In this document: positions 62,137 through 64,000 of the stretch, one piece after another
Layout: the number at the start of each line of letters is the position of its first letter
Position numbering within the stretch: position 1 is the first letter of the stretch
Origin: Octopus sinensis
Taxonomy: Eukaryota
Reading direction: 5' to 3'
Length of the DNA stretch: 64,000 nt
Assembly: GCF_006345805.1 (NCBI RefSeq)
Contig: NC_043017.1
Span: 24,304,001-24,368,000, forward strand
Notes under the pieces: generated by a model
What the model was told of the DNA's origin: nothing
Databases searched by the model: none
The model's input: only the letters and a program-made list of their open reading frames with translations
Position numbers and translations under genes: made by a program

Positions 62137-63678
62137 CGAATTTCTCGTCGTCTTTTGTTTTCAGTTCTTGAAGAGCTGTTATTATGTTTATTCTTAATTT
62201 TCGTTAATGTCTCGTCTTCTGAAAACTTTCTCTTTTTGGAATGTTTCCTTGAAGAATGTTTACTTCCATGCTTAGTGCTATGCTTCGACAAATGTTTTTT
62301 GCTGTGGGAACTGACCCTTATTTGTGAAGATGAGATTTTGTATGAGGAAGTTTGGTCTTTTTTCTTATCATCATCGCTCACAATCTCCCCCTTTTCTAAG
62401 TCTACACACTCAGTTTCTGACTGTTCAGTGACTGCATGTAAATCACTTTGTGGCTGAGGAGAAAATGTTTTGAGAGAATTCTGATCTTCTCTCAGACTGT
62501 CATTACTGCAATATTCCTCATCACGAGTCTGATAGATATCAACTAACTGTGTTGTATCTTCACAATCTTCATCTTGTTGCCTTCTGTTATGGGCAGCAAT
62601 TTCTTGCGATAGCTTCTTCTTCATTTCATTCAAAAACTCCAGGCTGTGATTCTCTGCAAGTTTGTCACCTGGGACTAAATTTTCTACAGACAGATTACAT
62701 TCAGTTTTACTTGGCGAAAACAGTTTACGAACAATAGTTTTGCTTCTTGGCACAGCAGCATTAGAATCAGAATCTTCACTGCTTGTTGAGTCATGTGCTC
62801 CCGAGTTTGTCGCACTGCTAGAATAGCAAGGAATAATTATTGGAGAATGAGAAACTTCTAAATTAGACATTCCAAAACATCTAACAACTATAGGTTCTGG
62901 ACTATTGAATACTTTTGAGGCTTTATACTTTGGTGAAATAACAGGCGAGTGGTTTCTGTCACACTTAGTTGTCAATTTTGGAGAAGTCACAACTGGATCA
63001 CACATTTTACTGCGATGTTTGTCATTTGAAGAGAATTTTCCAGTAGAAGATTTAGAGCTCTGTGCATCGGATTCTGTAGATTTTACAGACTGTTTTGCAG
63101 ATATACTGATTGGTTCTACAGACTGCTGACAATCAATCAACTTAGAATCTTGTCTCTTGGCACTACCAGACTCACTGGAGTTGTTAGATAAATTGCACTT
63201 CTCTTTGAGTGGAGTAGTGTGAGATTTTCTATTCTCAGACCTTGAAGACAATTTTTGTGTGGATGAAGGTGTTTTTTGGTAATGATGTTTACTACTGTCC
63301 TTTTTATGTTCCCTTGAGGAATTTTCCATTTTTATATCTGAAAAATTATTTCTAGTTTTGGAGTGTCTTGAGGATTTCTTTTCCAACGATCCATTATCTT
63401 TTGTTTCAGGCTTCTGTAAATCTCGACGACTAGAGTGCTTTTCTTCATATCTTCGGTCATCATGCCTTTGTTCTTTTGAGCCAGAATGGTGAGAATTAGA
63501 CTTACTATCAAAATATCGGGGATTTTTTACATCAGAATGTCTTGAGTGTCTCCTATCATTTTCTTTAGTGTCTCTTTGATCTCTTTGAGGAGGTTTGTGT
63601 CTCTGATGGTGAGAATTCCAATGTGAATATCCTGACTGCATCTGTTTCAAACACTTTTCTTTTTCATAGAACTCTATT
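62137..63678 (-). CDS. Large low-complexity exon of a convergent nuclear-type protein; possibly FLASH/CASP8AP2-like
   Basis: 543-aa ORF; acceptor ttctctttccAG at 63679-63680. GTGAGA at 62136 gives a 1542-nt phase 2-2 exon; alternatively the frame ends at TGA 62133-62135. Contains DLEKGEIVSD. Confidence 0.8.
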
Positions 63679-64000
63679 CTGGAAAGAGAACAAGAAATCG
63701 AAAAATTAATGTTACATTGTAAAATCACATCTTCAACTATCAGAGTGAGAAACAAAGAATACATATGTTAAATGTTCTACAAGTTTGTAGTGATGCTACT
63801 GTGTAGGGTTCAGAGCACATGCGCAGAATGGGACTACTTCTGGGTGGCTACCGGAAGTCTTCCCCATGCACATGTGCGGGAAACGTTCCCTTACCCGCCA
63901 AACTCAAATATCTTTCTCCGGCTCCACAGCTCATCGCGATCGGACGTACATTCAATGGGCTCTGACAACCTCACGACATAGCCGCCAACGACCACCAACA

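Overview
AT-rich eukaryotic genomic DNA, almost certainly a coleoid cephalopod (octopus-type SINE, MITE and microsatellite landscape; species is my inference). About 1-34 kb is repeat-dense with no protein gene I could identify. It holds several tRNA-derived SINE families, Tx1 and RTE LINE relics, piggyBac, hAT and mariner MITEs, a Helentron-like element, long (TA)n arrays and a ~2 kb tandem duplication. About 34.8-57.3 kb (+) is a complete 14-exon chitin synthase. I assembled it by hand: all introns are GT-AG, phases are consistent, and the CDS is 4476 nt (1491 aa plus stop). It keeps the catalytic motifs (LDGD, GEDRW, QRRRW, SWGTRE) and no myosin motor exons are visible. A 1.5 kb Ser/Lys/Arg/His-rich exon at 62.1-63.7 kb (-) belongs to a convergent gene, possibly FLASH/CASP8AP2-like. 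The most unusual observations are structural: a homogenised ~350 bp inverted composite repeat bracketing CHS exon 8, a 358 bp spacerless palindrome, a 148 nt hairpin rich in G:U pairs, and a SINE family whose 3' tail matches a local Tx1 LINE tail. All coordinates and counts are manual; no database searches were run.
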